A stretch of DNA of 64,000 nt from Octopus sinensis (taxonomy: Eukaryota). The translations under genes were made by a program, and so were the position numbers. Of the stretch, positions 1-12,647 are shown piece after piece. The stretch covers positions 1,240,001-1,304,000 of the forward strand of contig NC_043004.1 of the NCBI RefSeq assembly GCF_006345805.1, written 5' to 3'. Numbering within the stretch: the first letter of the stretch is position 1; each line of letters begins with the position of its first letter. A model generated the notes under the pieces. The model was not told the origin of the DNA, ran no database searches, and saw only the letters and a program-made list of their open reading frames with translations.

Positions 1-99
1 TTATGCCAACCACTTTACATCTTAGACTGAGTGCTTTTTCTGTGCCACCAGCATCATTGAGGTTACCATGCTACTCACATGACCACAAAATCTGGAGAG

Positions 100-385
100 C
101 AGCTTTATGTTAAGGGATGGACTCTCCTCCCAAAGATCGTGTACGAGTGTCCAGCTTTTTTGCTAAATGACCGGCACAGAAAATGATTTGTTTACAGGGA
201 TCAAAATGCCTGTCCTGAAACAGAAGCACGGTGTGCCACACGTCAGTTGTCAAAGTGATCGCAGTGCAATGTGAGATGAGTGTTTTGCTCAAGAACACAA
301 TGCGTCACACAGTCTAGGAATTGAAACCACGATCTCACAATCATGAGTGCAACACCTGAACCACAAGATCATTCGTCCTCACTAT
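100..385 (-). mobile_element. Diverged tRNA-headed SINE
   Basis: Minus-strand head ...gtggttcaggtgttgcactc...gtggtttcaattcctagac followed by ttgagcaaaacac, abutting a (TA)n tract. Confidence 0.55.
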
Positions 386-394
386 ATATATATG

Positions 395-449
<55 letters not shown>

Positions 450-513
450 ATATATATATCTATATATATATATGGCCGTGGCCTTTGGGCTAAAACATTT
501 TTAAGGATTTAAG

Positions 514-547
<34 letters not shown>

Positions 548-548
<1 letters not shown>

Positions 549-957
549 TTTTCTACTCTAGGCACAAGGCCGAAATATTCGGGGAAGTGGCCAGTTGATT
601 AGATTGACTCCAGTATGTAACTGGTACTTAATTTATTGACCCTGAAAGGCAAAGTCAACCTCGGCGGAATTTGAACCCAGAACGTAAAGATAAATGAAAT
701 ACCACTAAGCATTTTGCTTGGCGTGCTAACGTTTCTTATTTCTTTACTGTCCACAAGGGGCTACACACAGAGGGGACAAACAAATAGATTAAGTCGTTTA
801 TATTGACCCCAGTGTGTAACTGGTACTTAATTTATCGACCCTGAAAGGATTAAAGGCAAAGTCGACCTTGGGGGAATTTGAACCCAGAACGTAAAGACAA
901 ACGAAATTCCGCTAAGTATTTCGCCTGGCATGCTAACGTTTCTGCCAGCATGCTGCC
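548..957 (-). mobile_element. Two tandem tRNA-headed SINEs with a Nin/Deu-like central domain
   Basis: Central motif ttcaaattcc..c.aggt.gactttgcctttca...ggtc.ataaattaagtaccag resembles the Deu/Nin SINE domain (recalled). Other copies lie at ~26447-26665, 30125-30345, 36775-36960, 43305-43755, 46607-46755, 53420-53545 and 54075-54245. Confidence 0.7.
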
Positions 958-1088
958 TTTATATATATATGTATATCATTAATAATTGGCAGAAGTTAGA
1001 CTGATGCAAAGGTCAAAAGCATCATGCATTGACATTTACCAAACTGGTTTCATTCCAAACATCATTACATTTTACATTACTCTCCTCT

Positions 1089-1317
1089 TTAACCCTGTCA
1101 TTACCAACCCAACTGAAACCACCTCTACTCTAAAGTACAAATGCTTTGTTTCTATAAGTTTTGAATTAAAATCTTCCACCAAACCTTAGTCACAATTTAT
1201 GTTCCTAACACTAGCTTAATGATAACTAAGTTATTTCACTATATTCTTTGTTATATTCAAAATTAATTGAAAGAAACACAGAACATCTCAACAGAAATAT
1301 GGTAACAAAAGGGTTAA
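1089..1317 (+). mobile_element. piggyBac-like MITE family 1 (~230 bp)
   Basis: TTAA-CCCT...AGGG-TTAA ends. Homologous copies at 1388-1612, 30780-31000 (reverse), 44168-44396 (reverse) and 63107-63336. Confidence 0.8.
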
Positions 1318-1843
1318 ATGTGGTAACATTTTAATACTCTCTGTATTAAATATGGTAACATATTTATGTTACCATATTTAACCTGTATTAACCCTTTTGA
1401 TACAAACCTGGCTGAAACCACCTCTGGCCCTGTAGTACAAATGACTTGTTTTCATAAATTTTAAATTAAAATCTTCCACCAAACTTTTGTCACAATTTAT
1501 GTTCCTAACACTAACTTAATGATAACTAAGTTATTTTACTAAATTCTTTGTTATACTCAAAATTAATGGAAAGAAACAGAAAGCATCTCAACAGAAATAT
1601 GGTAACAAAAGAAAGAGTAAAGGCGGAATGGTTAACGCGATAAAGTATTGCACTACGAATTCCAAGTGTCTCTATTCTATGTAGTTTCTGAAATGAAAAC
1701 TTTTTCAATATTGTCAGTCGTAGATCACATGGGAATATTGCGGCAGACTAGATTCCTGTCCAAGAGCAAACTTATTTCTTAGCTGTTTCACAGCATTGAA
1801 CTGAACTAAATTATCAGTTATGTGCTAATTAGACATTATTTAA

Positions 1844-1981
1844 TTAAACTTTAGCATGCTGTAGGTGCATCATGTTGCCATACAGGTTTTCTCCCCTCTC
1901 AATGCAGCACAAATCTGCTTGCAGCTACAGGGGAGAAAACTTGTACGACAACATGATGTGCCTAAGCATGCTAAAGGTTAA
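1844..1981. mobile_element. Short palindromic TTAA-flanked MITE (~50-bp arms)
   Basis: ttaaactttagcatgc...gcatgctaaaggttaa. The ends resemble the MITE family 2 TIR. Confidence 0.6.
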
Positions 1982-2564
1982 ACCCTATTGCATTACATAT
2001 ATGGTAGAGTCAATGAGGAAGCCTGTATGTGGTAACTCAACCTGCTAGAAATAACAACCAAATTTCCTACAAACCATGCCCGGCCGTCTTACAAAATAGG
2101 ACATGTTGGATAATGTAATTCAACATAGTCTGATAAAAGAGTAGAGAAAAGAGGATGGCCATGGTTGGAATACATACAATGAGAAGTCTAATTCACCATG
2201 ACAAACCTGCAGCTAAACAACAACTTGCAACACAGTGAAAGGTGACCCTAAACTATTACACCATATTTCTTTATTTCGTTTGGTTATTTCTAATCTACAA
2301 AATTATTCACAGGTGCAGATGCAATTCGCCTACTGCCTCCACATTGTGCCAGAGGGGAGGACTAAATTATCACGATATGACTGAAAGCATTTAGATCAGC
2401 TTAGGAACTAATGAAATATTACACTCGTCTATTATGTACTTCTATATTATGACAGAACACTCGAACAACCTCACTACATGCTAACGAGGGAGCCCCAGTG
2501 TGTTTACTCAATCTGCTAGACATGGTAACTTAATTTCCTGCAAATTACACATCATCATCTGCAA

Positions 2565-2960
2565 GTACATTATTTACATTTGACGGATATTTGTCATCTT
2601 CTTGTTTGTTGTTAACACAACATTTCGGCTGATATACTCTCCAGCCTTCATCAGGTGTCTTGCAGAAATTTCAAACTAGGTTTCTCATTCCTAAGGTATT
2701 TTTCGATATTATTATTAACATCATCATTATTATTATTCAGGTCAATGCCTGGAGTCAAACTTGGAATCTTGGGGTTAGTAGCCTGCACTCTTAACCACTA
2801 TGCCATATGCCTTAGGAATGAGAGCCCAAGTTCGAAATTTCCCCAAGATGCCTGATGAAGGTATATCAGATGAAATGTGTTAAAACAAACAAGATGAGGA
2901 CAAATATCTGTCAAATGTCAATAATGTAAATAATTCCTCATCTCTTAAATATAGAACTGT
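2565..2960 (-). mobile_element. tRNA-headed short element with hammerhead motif (minus-strand headed copy 2565-2804) plus inverted headless copy (2809-2960)
   Basis: Head GGCATAGTGG (A box) and a B-box-like gtttgactcc. Hammerhead-like GACAC-CTGATGA-A-GGCTG..CAGCC-GAAAT-GTT-GTGTT at 2614-2659 on the minus strand. Confidence 0.8.
2614..2659 (-). ncRNA. Minimal type-I hammerhead ribozyme motif (best-preserved copy; one substitution relative to the window consensus)
   Basis: Helix I GACAC/GUGUU, core CUGAUGA plus an extra A, helix II GGCUG/CAGCC, then GAAA. Helix III is palindromic ACGU in the consensus but AUGU in this copy. Activity is not shown. Confidence 0.65.
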
Positions 2961-3184
2961 ATCATTTGAGAGATAGATAGATAGATAAATAGATAGATAT
3001 GTTTCTTTATTAGCCACACAGGGCTGCACACAGACGGGACAGATTACAAAGTAGAGCTTTTCTTTTTTGGGAAAAAAAAAAGGTGGGGTAAGTTTTCGAT
3101 CAAAAGGGATCATAAAAGGGAAAGAAGAAGGAAAAAAGAAAAAGAAAGAAAGAAACAAAAAAGAAAATAACGATCAATAGGGAC

Positions 3185-3214
3185 TGTGTATCTATCTATC
3201 TATAGATAGATAGC

Positions 3215-3266
<52 letters not shown>

Positions 3267-3268
3267 GA
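3185..3268. repeat. (GATA)n tetranucleotide repeat
   Basis: Directly visible. Confidence 0.95.
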
Positions 3269-3659
3269 CTCATTAGAAAGTGTTGAAGGAAAATTATGCT
3301 TGAAAATCAGACAGTATGGTCATGGTTTGGCTTTTTGATGATAATTCTGTTTAACCAGTGCTGACTTCAGTAACATAGCTTGGGATTGATGGGGTGTGTA
3401 GAGGGAACAGGGTGGCCATTTTATATATTGGCGTTTGCAGTTGTTGAAGGTATGATGTGATTAAGGAAGAGGGTGGCCACAAACCAGGCTACATCACTGG
3501 ATGACTTGTAGCTAAACAAACAACCGTCACTACAAACATTATGTCATTCCTAAAACAAAATCACGTTTTAAGACTATAAGGATTCCATATTTAATTTATC
3601 TTTTGCTTACTTGCTTATGACAGCTCATTAAAGGTGATGAAGGTGTAAATCCAAGACAT

Positions 3660-3930
3660 TCATCTTACTCTGCCTCTAGCTCTTCGTTTCTCATGGGAGC
3701 AGACGTGATTGACAAGACCAAAAGGGGACAGGCAGGTCCTGTGGCACTGAGGGCAGTGAAAGTGACCCTGAACAACAACTACAGGGGGTTGATGACAACA
3801 TCTCCTCCTCTCTTTGTGTAGTCTCCTACATTCGGTTTCAAAGCATTCCACTCCAACATGACACACAGACCTCCTTGTTTTCCGATTAACAGCCAGGGGC
3901 TTCAACCGATCAGGAAGGGGAGGGACCACA
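3660..3930 (-). mobile_element. 3' end of an RTE-like LINE ORF with a terminal C2H2 finger
   Basis: FETECRRLHKERRR...FHCPQCHRTCLSPFGLVNHVCSH matches the C-terminal F.C..C.R.C.S..GL.SH pattern of such LINEs. Confidence 0.75.
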
Positions 3931-4659
3931 GTTCCATAAGACTACTTATAAACAACAACATTATTATTTACTCGTTTCCCTAAATGTAAGCAATCACGTG
4001 AAACTACATTGCTATCTTTGCTACAGACAGAGTACATTTGGAACAAGGTAAACAGTGCAGTTGGAACAAGGTAAATAGAATGAAAAAAAAATTTTTTTAA
4101 AAAACCATTACAAATTTTTTTTTTTTTTTACTTTGCATTCATTTTTAGATATTTTATAAAAGACAAAAACAATAACAGCACAAATACAAGTAAAAACTCT
4201 TTTTTTTAAAAATCTATGTAAAAAAATGTTTTCCCAATATTAACTGGACAAATGCCATACACAGATATCCTTTTAATCTAAAAACTTCACCATACCCACC
4301 CAGAATAATGAACTTTTGCAAGATTCCACCAACAGCAAAGAAGCCAATGGTCATGGACAACCCACCACGACTACCACCATCACCACCACCACACGCACAC
4401 ACACCGTATTGAATTATCAAGCAATCAAGCAAAAATAGTAATTAACTTTGTAAATCAAGCACAAAGCACAGTAGGTTAATGCACAGCAGAAACAACAACA
4501 GCAACAACAACAACAAAGTCACAGAAACATTATTTATGGTGCAACTATATATTTTGTTGGTTTTCCTTTTCTTTCTTTTCTTTTCCCATTAATTGTCTTC
4601 TACAATTCAATAGAAACATGAGACAAATGCAACTTGCCTACAAGAAAATTAGAATTATG

Positions 4660-4720
4660 CATATACATACATACATATGCATGCACGTATATATATATAT
4701 ATATGCAAATATACATATAC

Positions 4721-4758
<38 letters not shown>

Positions 4759-5013
4759 AATATACATATATATAATGTGAATGTATACATATATGTATGT
4801 GTATATATATATGTATATATATACATATATATATATATGTATATATATATGTATGTATGTATAAAAATAAATAATATATATATAAATTCACATGCTCATA
4901 CTTATACAAATATGTGTGCATGTGTGCCTCTCTCTCTCTCTATATATATATGTATGTATATTACATGCATACTTATACACAAATGAACTTGGTATTTGTG
5001 TTGTGTGTGTGTA

Positions 5014-5046
<33 letters not shown>

Positions 5047-5209
5047 GTATATATATATGTATGTATGTATAAAAATAAATAATATATATATAAATTCACA
5101 TGCTCATACTTATACAAATATGTGTGCATGTGTGCCTCTCTCTCTCTCTATATATATATGTATGTATATTACATGCATACTTATACACAAATGAACTTGG
5201 TATTTGTGT

Positions 5210-5241
<32 letters not shown>

Positions 5242-5345
5242 CATACATGCACATACATACACACATGTACATATATGTATGTATGTGCATACACACATGA
5301 TTGCACATACATATATCTGCATGCGTGTGTGTGTGTGTGTGTATG
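4660..5345. repeat. (TA)/(CA)/(TG) compound microsatellite containing a 208-bp tandem duplication
   Basis: The block ataaaaataaataatatata...cttatacacaaatgaacttggtatttgtgttg occurs at 4861 and 5069. The track ORFs at 4892 and 5100 are identical. Confidence 0.9.
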
Positions 5346-5808
5346 ACTACAGCCCCGCCACACACGCACGCAGAAACAACGAAACTAAATGTGGAAAACA
5401 TGAAAAACTGAACAAAGGAAAGCAGCTTTGTTATTTTTCTTTCTTTCTAAATTTCTATTTTAAGAGATTTGAATTAAAGTGAAATTAGATGGGAAATAGA
5501 AATGTAACTTCATGGTAATGCACAATATTCTACAATGACAGACAGAAGTGTGCAAGTCATTTCTTATTCCTTCTCAACCGCACGACAATACCAATATGAG
5601 TAAATTCCATGAAATATTTCTCTGGCGAGACTATATACACTCACACACATACAAACATGCATATGTATGTATTTGTGTGTATGAGGGTATGTATGTATGT
5701 ATAGGTGTGTATGTGTGTGTGTGAGTGTATAAGATATTGGAGTTTTTAAAAATGGGAATTAGTCATGGAAATGATGAAAAACAACAACAGTGATATGTAT
5801 GTGCACGC

Positions 5809-5861
<53 letters not shown>

Positions 5862-8744
5862 GAAGAAAAATAAAGGAACTTTAGAATTATTTCCGTCTGT
5901 CACATTTAGAAGTCTGAAACCAAATATAAAGAGATAAACCATAGTAACCAACTACAAAAACCAGACAGAAAATATTAAAAGTAAAAAAGAAAAACACAAT
6001 ATCTAAAATTCACTAAGTTGATAGAATATTATATTATATTATATAAATAATATTACATTTTATATATATATATATATATGTGTACCATTATATATTATAC
6101 ACACACACGCACAAATATAAGTGCATGTGTATTCATATATATATATATATATGCACAAGTCTCCCTCAGGTTACAGGGAAGTCATTTAGCATGATTTCAC
6201 TTTATCACAGTTTTGATTTTGGTCAATCTCTTTTATTTTTACATCAACAGAAACACTACCTGGTCATTTCGGTTTCGATTTTTCACTTCCCTTTCATTCC
6301 ATTTCTTTGATGGAAGGCGGGGGCAGGGGTGGCGGGGTGGAGGTGGGGGTCGAGGGTGGTGGTGGTGTTTGACCATTCTCAGAACTAAGGCTTAACTTAA
6401 AATTATTCTTGTTTCAGTAATTTGGGATCATATGATTATATTTTGGGGGGTTTTGAAAGTAAAGTTTTGGGAAAAAAAGCTACAGCTGTATTTGAAAAAA
6501 AAAAAAAAAGAAAGTCTTCTTGAACAAAAATTCAATCCAATTCTTTAAAAATTATTAAATATTGTTTTGATTATCATATATTGTTCATGGCTGAGTGGTA
6601 AGAAGTTTGCTTCTCAACCACATGATTCTGGGTTCTGTCCCACCGTGTACATCTTGGGCAAGTGTCCCATGCCAAGCAGAGCCTTGTGAGTGGATTTGGT
6701 AGATGGAAACTGAAAGAAGCCCATTGTGTGTATACATATGAATAGGTGTGTCTTTGTGTCTGTGCTTGCCCCCGCTCCAGTGCTAGACACCCTGGTGTGG
6801 ATTAGCTTATGTTTGCGTAGCTTAGCGGTGCGACAAAAGACACCAATAGAACAAGTACCAGACATGTACTTTATAAAGTGCTGGTGCCCTGTAAGAAGGC
6901 ACCTGTACCAGCCCCACTTAAAAGAAACCCAGTATACACTGTGAAGTGCTTAGAAACAATACCACAGACAACAACAGGGCTTGGTTCATTCAACTCGCTT
7001 TGCAACTCCTGTCAAATTAACGACTCGTAGGGATGCAGTACTTCGTTAAGCAACCATGATATACTATAAAGTATTTTAGTTGTTTATTTGTTTCAGTCAT
7101 TTAACTGTGGCCATGCTGGAGTACTGCCTTTAGTTGAACAAATCAACCCCAGGACTTATTAGTTGTAAGCCTAGCACTTATTCTATCGGTCTCTTTTGTC
7201 AAACTGCTAAATTACGGGGACGTAAACACAGACACAAAAACATATATATGACTATATATATATAGGTTTTTTTCAGTTTCCATCAACCAAATACACTCAA
7301 GTTTTGGTCGGTCTGAAGCTATAGCCGAAGACACTTGCTCAAGGTGCCAAGCAGTGGGACTGAACCTGGAATCATGTGGTTGGGAAGCAAGCTACTTACG
7401 ACACAGCCATTCCTGTTAAACGTTTTTATGAGCCAATACTATGTTCTATAGTATTAGTAGTGCACTTTACATCACTTGCTAAGGTTTTCCTGTCAAACTG
7501 TCCAACCCAGGCAAGGATGGAAAACAGACATTTAAATGATGATGAAGATGGTGATGTACTTAGGATGTTCGATATTTGTAATGAACCAAATGAAACTTAA
7601 ATGTACAGCTGGATGCCCTTCCTAACACCAACCACTCTGAGAGTGTAGTTAGTTGCCTTTTACATGCCACTGGCACAGGGGCCAGAGGGGACTGGCATCA
7701 AATACGATTGGACGGTGCATTTTACGTGCCACCAGCATAGAAGCCAGTTGGGGTGAGGGGGCTGGTATCGACCACGTTCAGATGGTGCTTTTTACGTGCC
7801 ACCAGCATGGGGACTAACAAATTACATTATCTGTATCAATGAGATTCTTGCACATTCACATTCTTTACCATATTTTCAATATTAGGTAGAATTTGAGATG
7901 TTGCTACTCTTAGGTCGCAAATTAGTAACCCAGGAACTCATTTACATATATATATATGTAAAACATATATGACAGGCTTCTTTCAGTTTCCTTCAACCAA
8001 ATCCACTCACAAGGCTTTGGACGGCCCGAGGCTATAGTAGAAGGCACTTGCCCAAGGTGCCACGCAGTGGGACTGAATCCAGAACCATGTGGTTGGTAAG
8101 CAAATAGCCAATAAAAATTGAAAAACCCATTATGTGATTGCCAGAGCTAATTCTATTAAGCATTTTGTTTGGTCAACTGCAAAGCTAATTTAAAATCCAA
8201 GGCAAACATTCAAAAACCAATTTTTATTTGTTAAAAATGTTATGTCTGAAAATGTTCAGTAATAAAAATAACCTTATTCCATTCCACATTAAACAACAAT
8301 CACTCTGTATGCACAGGCTCATTCATTCCCATCCATTGCTACAGTTATTCATTCTTTAAGGAGCATTATAAAGAATTATGGGTTAAAAAAAAGCATACTA
8401 ACATTGTTATAACACTCAGGTGAACTGGTACCATGTAAAAAGCACCCAAGCTGGCACAGAGTAAAAAGTACCCAGTACCCTCAGTAAAGTGGTTAGTGTC
8501 AGGAAGGGCATCCAGCTGTAGTAACTATGCCAAAACAAACATTTGGAGTCTGATGCACCTCTCTGGCTGGCCAGCTCCTGATAAATCGACCAAGCCATGT
8601 CAGCATGGAAAACAGGCATTAAATGAGGGTGATCTATCTATCTTTCTTTATATATATATATGATGAATTGGTTTATTTCTATTTTTCTTCACTGTATGTA
8701 TGCACACACATATGCACCACACACAGTACTCATATTATCATCAT

Positions 8745-9470
8745 CATTATCATCATTGTAGTTTAACGTCTGCTTTCCATGCTGACAAGCCAGAAGGCTG
8801 CACCAGGCCTCAATCTGAGCCAGCCAGTTTTCTACAGCTGGATGCCCTTCCTAACGCCAACCACTCCAAGAGTGTAGTGGGTGCTTTTTACATGTCACCA
8901 GCAATAGGGCCAGTCAGGTGGTACTGATATTGACCACGCTTGAATGGCACTTTTTACATGTCACCAGCACGAGAGCTAGTCATTTGAATGGTAGTTTTTA
9001 TGTGCCACTGGCAGGGTGCCAATCAGGTGGTACTGCCATTGGCCATAACAATGACTTCACTTGATTCAACAGGTGCAGTTTATTGCCCAATGCTGCTCTG
9101 GCATAGGCCATGGTTATTGTCTCACTTAGCTTGTCCAGTCTTCTCAAGTACAGCATAGCTCCAAAGGTCATGGTCTCCTGTCATTGCCTCCATGAGGCCC
9201 AACATCCGAAGGTTGTGTTTCACCACCTCACACCAGGTCTTCCTGGGTCTACCTCTTCTTACTGCTAGGGTGTGACACATTTTCATCCATATGCAACACA
9301 TAACCATATCAGCACAGTTGTCTCTCTTGCACACCACATCTGATGCTTCTTATGTCCAACTTTTCTCTCAGGGTGCTTTCACTCTGTCGTGTATGCACAC
9401 TGACATTACACATCCAGCAGAGAACTAGCTTCATTCCTTGCAAGCTTATGCATATCCTCAGCAGTCATGG
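8745..9470 (-). mobile_element. RTE 3' fragment (RT C-terminus + 3' UTR + (GAT)n tail)
   Basis: ORF 9122-9337 GRPRKTWCEVVKHNLRMLGLMEAMTGDHDLW matches the C-terminus of the long RTE copy, and the tail sequence is shared. Confidence 0.85.
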
Positions 9471-12400
9471 CTCATGTTTATCTTAGTTTATATATATATA
9501 TATATCTAAATTTTGTATGCCTCTATTATTCTTTCCTTCTTTCTCTCAGCCCCTTCACACTTACTTCGTTTTTTCCACACTTCTTTCTTTTGTTCCCCCT
9601 CTCTCACATTTCTACTGCTAGCATACCTGTAGCCACCCCAACTTGTCCACCACCCTCCCTCTCAGCCCTTACTAAAACTTTACAGATGTTCCCCATCTGC
9701 CTCACTTACTTCCCTTACCTCTTCCTTCATAACCCTTGCACTTTTTCTACACACTGCTGTTCTTACTACCTGAGGTACCACCTGGACACCTCATCACCAT
9801 TGTCTATCTCCTTGGTATAACTCTCGCACACACACTCTCTCTCTCTTTCTCTCTCTCCTGAATGTGAGTATCCATGTAACACCTCTACAAGAATCTGCCC
9901 TACCCCAACCCCTTCCCTCAAACCTTAACCCCCATGTAACATACAGACATATCTCTGCCTTCCTAGGGATTGCTGATGTGTGACCAACATTGTGACCTCA
10001 ATGGTGTCATTGGCACAAAATAAGTACTTTGTACACACTGTAGTGGTTGGCATTAGGAAGGGCATCCAAACCATGGCTGGAGTGAGCACAGCTAGAGGGG
10101 CGGGGTATTAGGAGGATACATTGTTGTGGGGAAGAAGAATAAGTCACAGCACTTTCAGGGTTATTTAGAGCTATTTCACTTAACAGTTGACACAAGTTCT
10201 GCCATAAAATTGTTTTTATGTTTTACTGTAAAACTTAACCTAAATCTAAATGGTAGAAAAATGTTGAAAATGAAAGAGAAAAGTCACATATCTGTATTGG
10301 CCCTTCTATCTTCTCATACAATCGGTAGAGAAGACAGGGAGAATGAAAGATAAAGGAAATGATACAATAACTATATGAAAGAGGGAATTATGGGAATCTA
10401 GAACAATGTAGGACAAGACAATAATATAAAAAATAATATGTAGCGAAGAAATATATAAAATTTTGGGGAGAGAATTAGAGAATTTTATGAGAAAATGTGC
10501 TAGAAAGATAGGATGTCAAACAAAGAGGATGATAGAGTTAACATAAATAGATAGACTAAGAGATAGGCAAACGGAAAATCGTATGGAAACAGAAATAAAA
10601 CAGAATGTCAGTTGGAAAAATGAAAAAGAAACCTTATTTCACTTCATTGCTATCCATGTGAATACCTCAACTAAAAGTGAAGAGATGATGATGATGATGA
10701 AGATATATCAGAGACAGCATACAATCTTTTATCTCTCCATGAACTTCATAAACAACTGTCTTATTTTGTTAGTTTCCCTTTATCAATGGAGGCACAGTTC
10801 ATCTCCCCACGCCGCCACTACTCCCACCAATGAGGTAGAGTGGATTTTATCAGATAACAGATTCCAGCATCAACCTATCGCTGCTTCAATGATGATTTCT
10901 GTCAATTCAATTTTTATAGTATTTTCCCCTTTTCTGATACCTTTACCACCACACCCCGCACCACACCTTTGGCTGAAAACAAATTGTCAACTTGTCATAA
11001 CCCTTACACAGCCAAACATATTTTCAGGTCCTACACACACACACACACACATGCATGCATGCACACATTCCATTCCTTTAGTTAAAATTATTGTAGCCAT
11101 CACACTTCATTCAAACTCACTCCATTCATCTAAGAAACAAACATATACACAGGTACACACTCACACACACACACACACCACACACACAGGCACGCACACA
11201 CACACACACACATGTATGTACGTATATATATTGAACAACATAGAGAAACACAAACCCGATCAAAGTAAAACATGTTGACAATGCAGACATACATATCAAT
11301 AACACAGCACAGTATAACACACACACACACAATCATTGCAACATGCAGCAAGTGCACAGAATACATACACCTCAAAAGCATAAACATCAGGTCCAGATGA
11401 AGACCCATTGAGGCCCTAAGCACTTGAAGAAGGGTCGTTTCTTTATGTTGCTTGTCTTGTTTTCCATTTGTTTCTTTCATTGTTCACAAAAAAAAAATTC
11501 GTATTCCAGGTTTACATATTTCATGTTTACGTTCTGTGCCCATATATGCATGTGTATGTACATATATGTATGTATGCAAATATATATATATATACACAAA
11601 CACATGCATATATGGACATGCATATATAACCAGTTGGAGACAATGTCTCCTGGGGCTAGATTACAGCAACATTCGTTCTAAATCAAGACTGCCATGTTAT
11701 GTTGGTAAACAATCTTTACTACAAAGTACTGTTGCTGAATATCTCTTGTTGTGAAATTTCAAAAAACTGTAATTTGCTGGTATGTTAATGTGATATCATA
11801 TGGATGTGGACAGCTGCATTACTGAATGGGCATGGAACCTGTGGAAGATGATCATCTTGGAAGACATGGGATAAAATGGTAAAAGAAAATGATCTTCAGA
11901 TGTTGAGCATCACAGAGGAGAGAACAAAGGACTGAGATGATTGGCAATTTGAATATCAGAAGTGTAACACTGATTGAGATAAATCAAGTAAGTTGAAACT
12001 CACAAAGGACCATATTTGTTGCATAGACCTAAGGAAGAAACTAACACACATCGGTCTTCTGAATTTTCAGTCTTTAATTTCAAATTGCTTTTTAGTTTTG
12101 CTTTAAGCAACATAAGAGTTGGCCATGGTTAAACACTGGTCTTGACAGGTTTTAACCCCTAAAAGTATAAAGCTTTATTGCTATGGTCTGAATACCGATA
12201 TTAAAGCAATATATATCTATTTCCCTTTTCATTTGTCTTTCGATTCCTTTTAATCTGTCTATCTTATAGGGCAGGGATTCTAAACCATAAAGACAGACGA
12301 AATACCATAAAGCATTTTGCCCAGCATGCTAATGTTTCCCTGCATATTGTGTTTGTGTGTGCGCATATATATATATACACACACACACGTAACATGAAGG

Positions 12401-12572
12401 GTTTTTAGTTGAACAAATTGCCCCAGGAAATTTTTTTTTTAAGCCTGGTATTTATTCTATCAGTCACTTTTGCTGAACAGCTAAGTTAGAGGGATGTAAA
12501 CACACCAACTCCAGCTGTCAAGCAGTAGCGGGAAACAAACACAAAGACACACACACACACACAAAGATATAT

Positions 12573-12647
<75 letters not shown>

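Noticed and set aside
4618-5482. Many overlapping Y/I/C/V/H/T-rich ORFs (also 11126-11754, 13382-13767, 49092-50016, 51217-51570, 59292-59771)
   Set aside because: They are translations of (TA)/(CA)/(TG) microsatellites, which lack stop codons; no evidence of coding.
10583-11278. 231-aa plus-strand ORF
   Set aside because: It has no recognisable domain, includes (GAT)n and (CA)n tracts, has no convincing splice context and lies antisense within a UTP11 intron.
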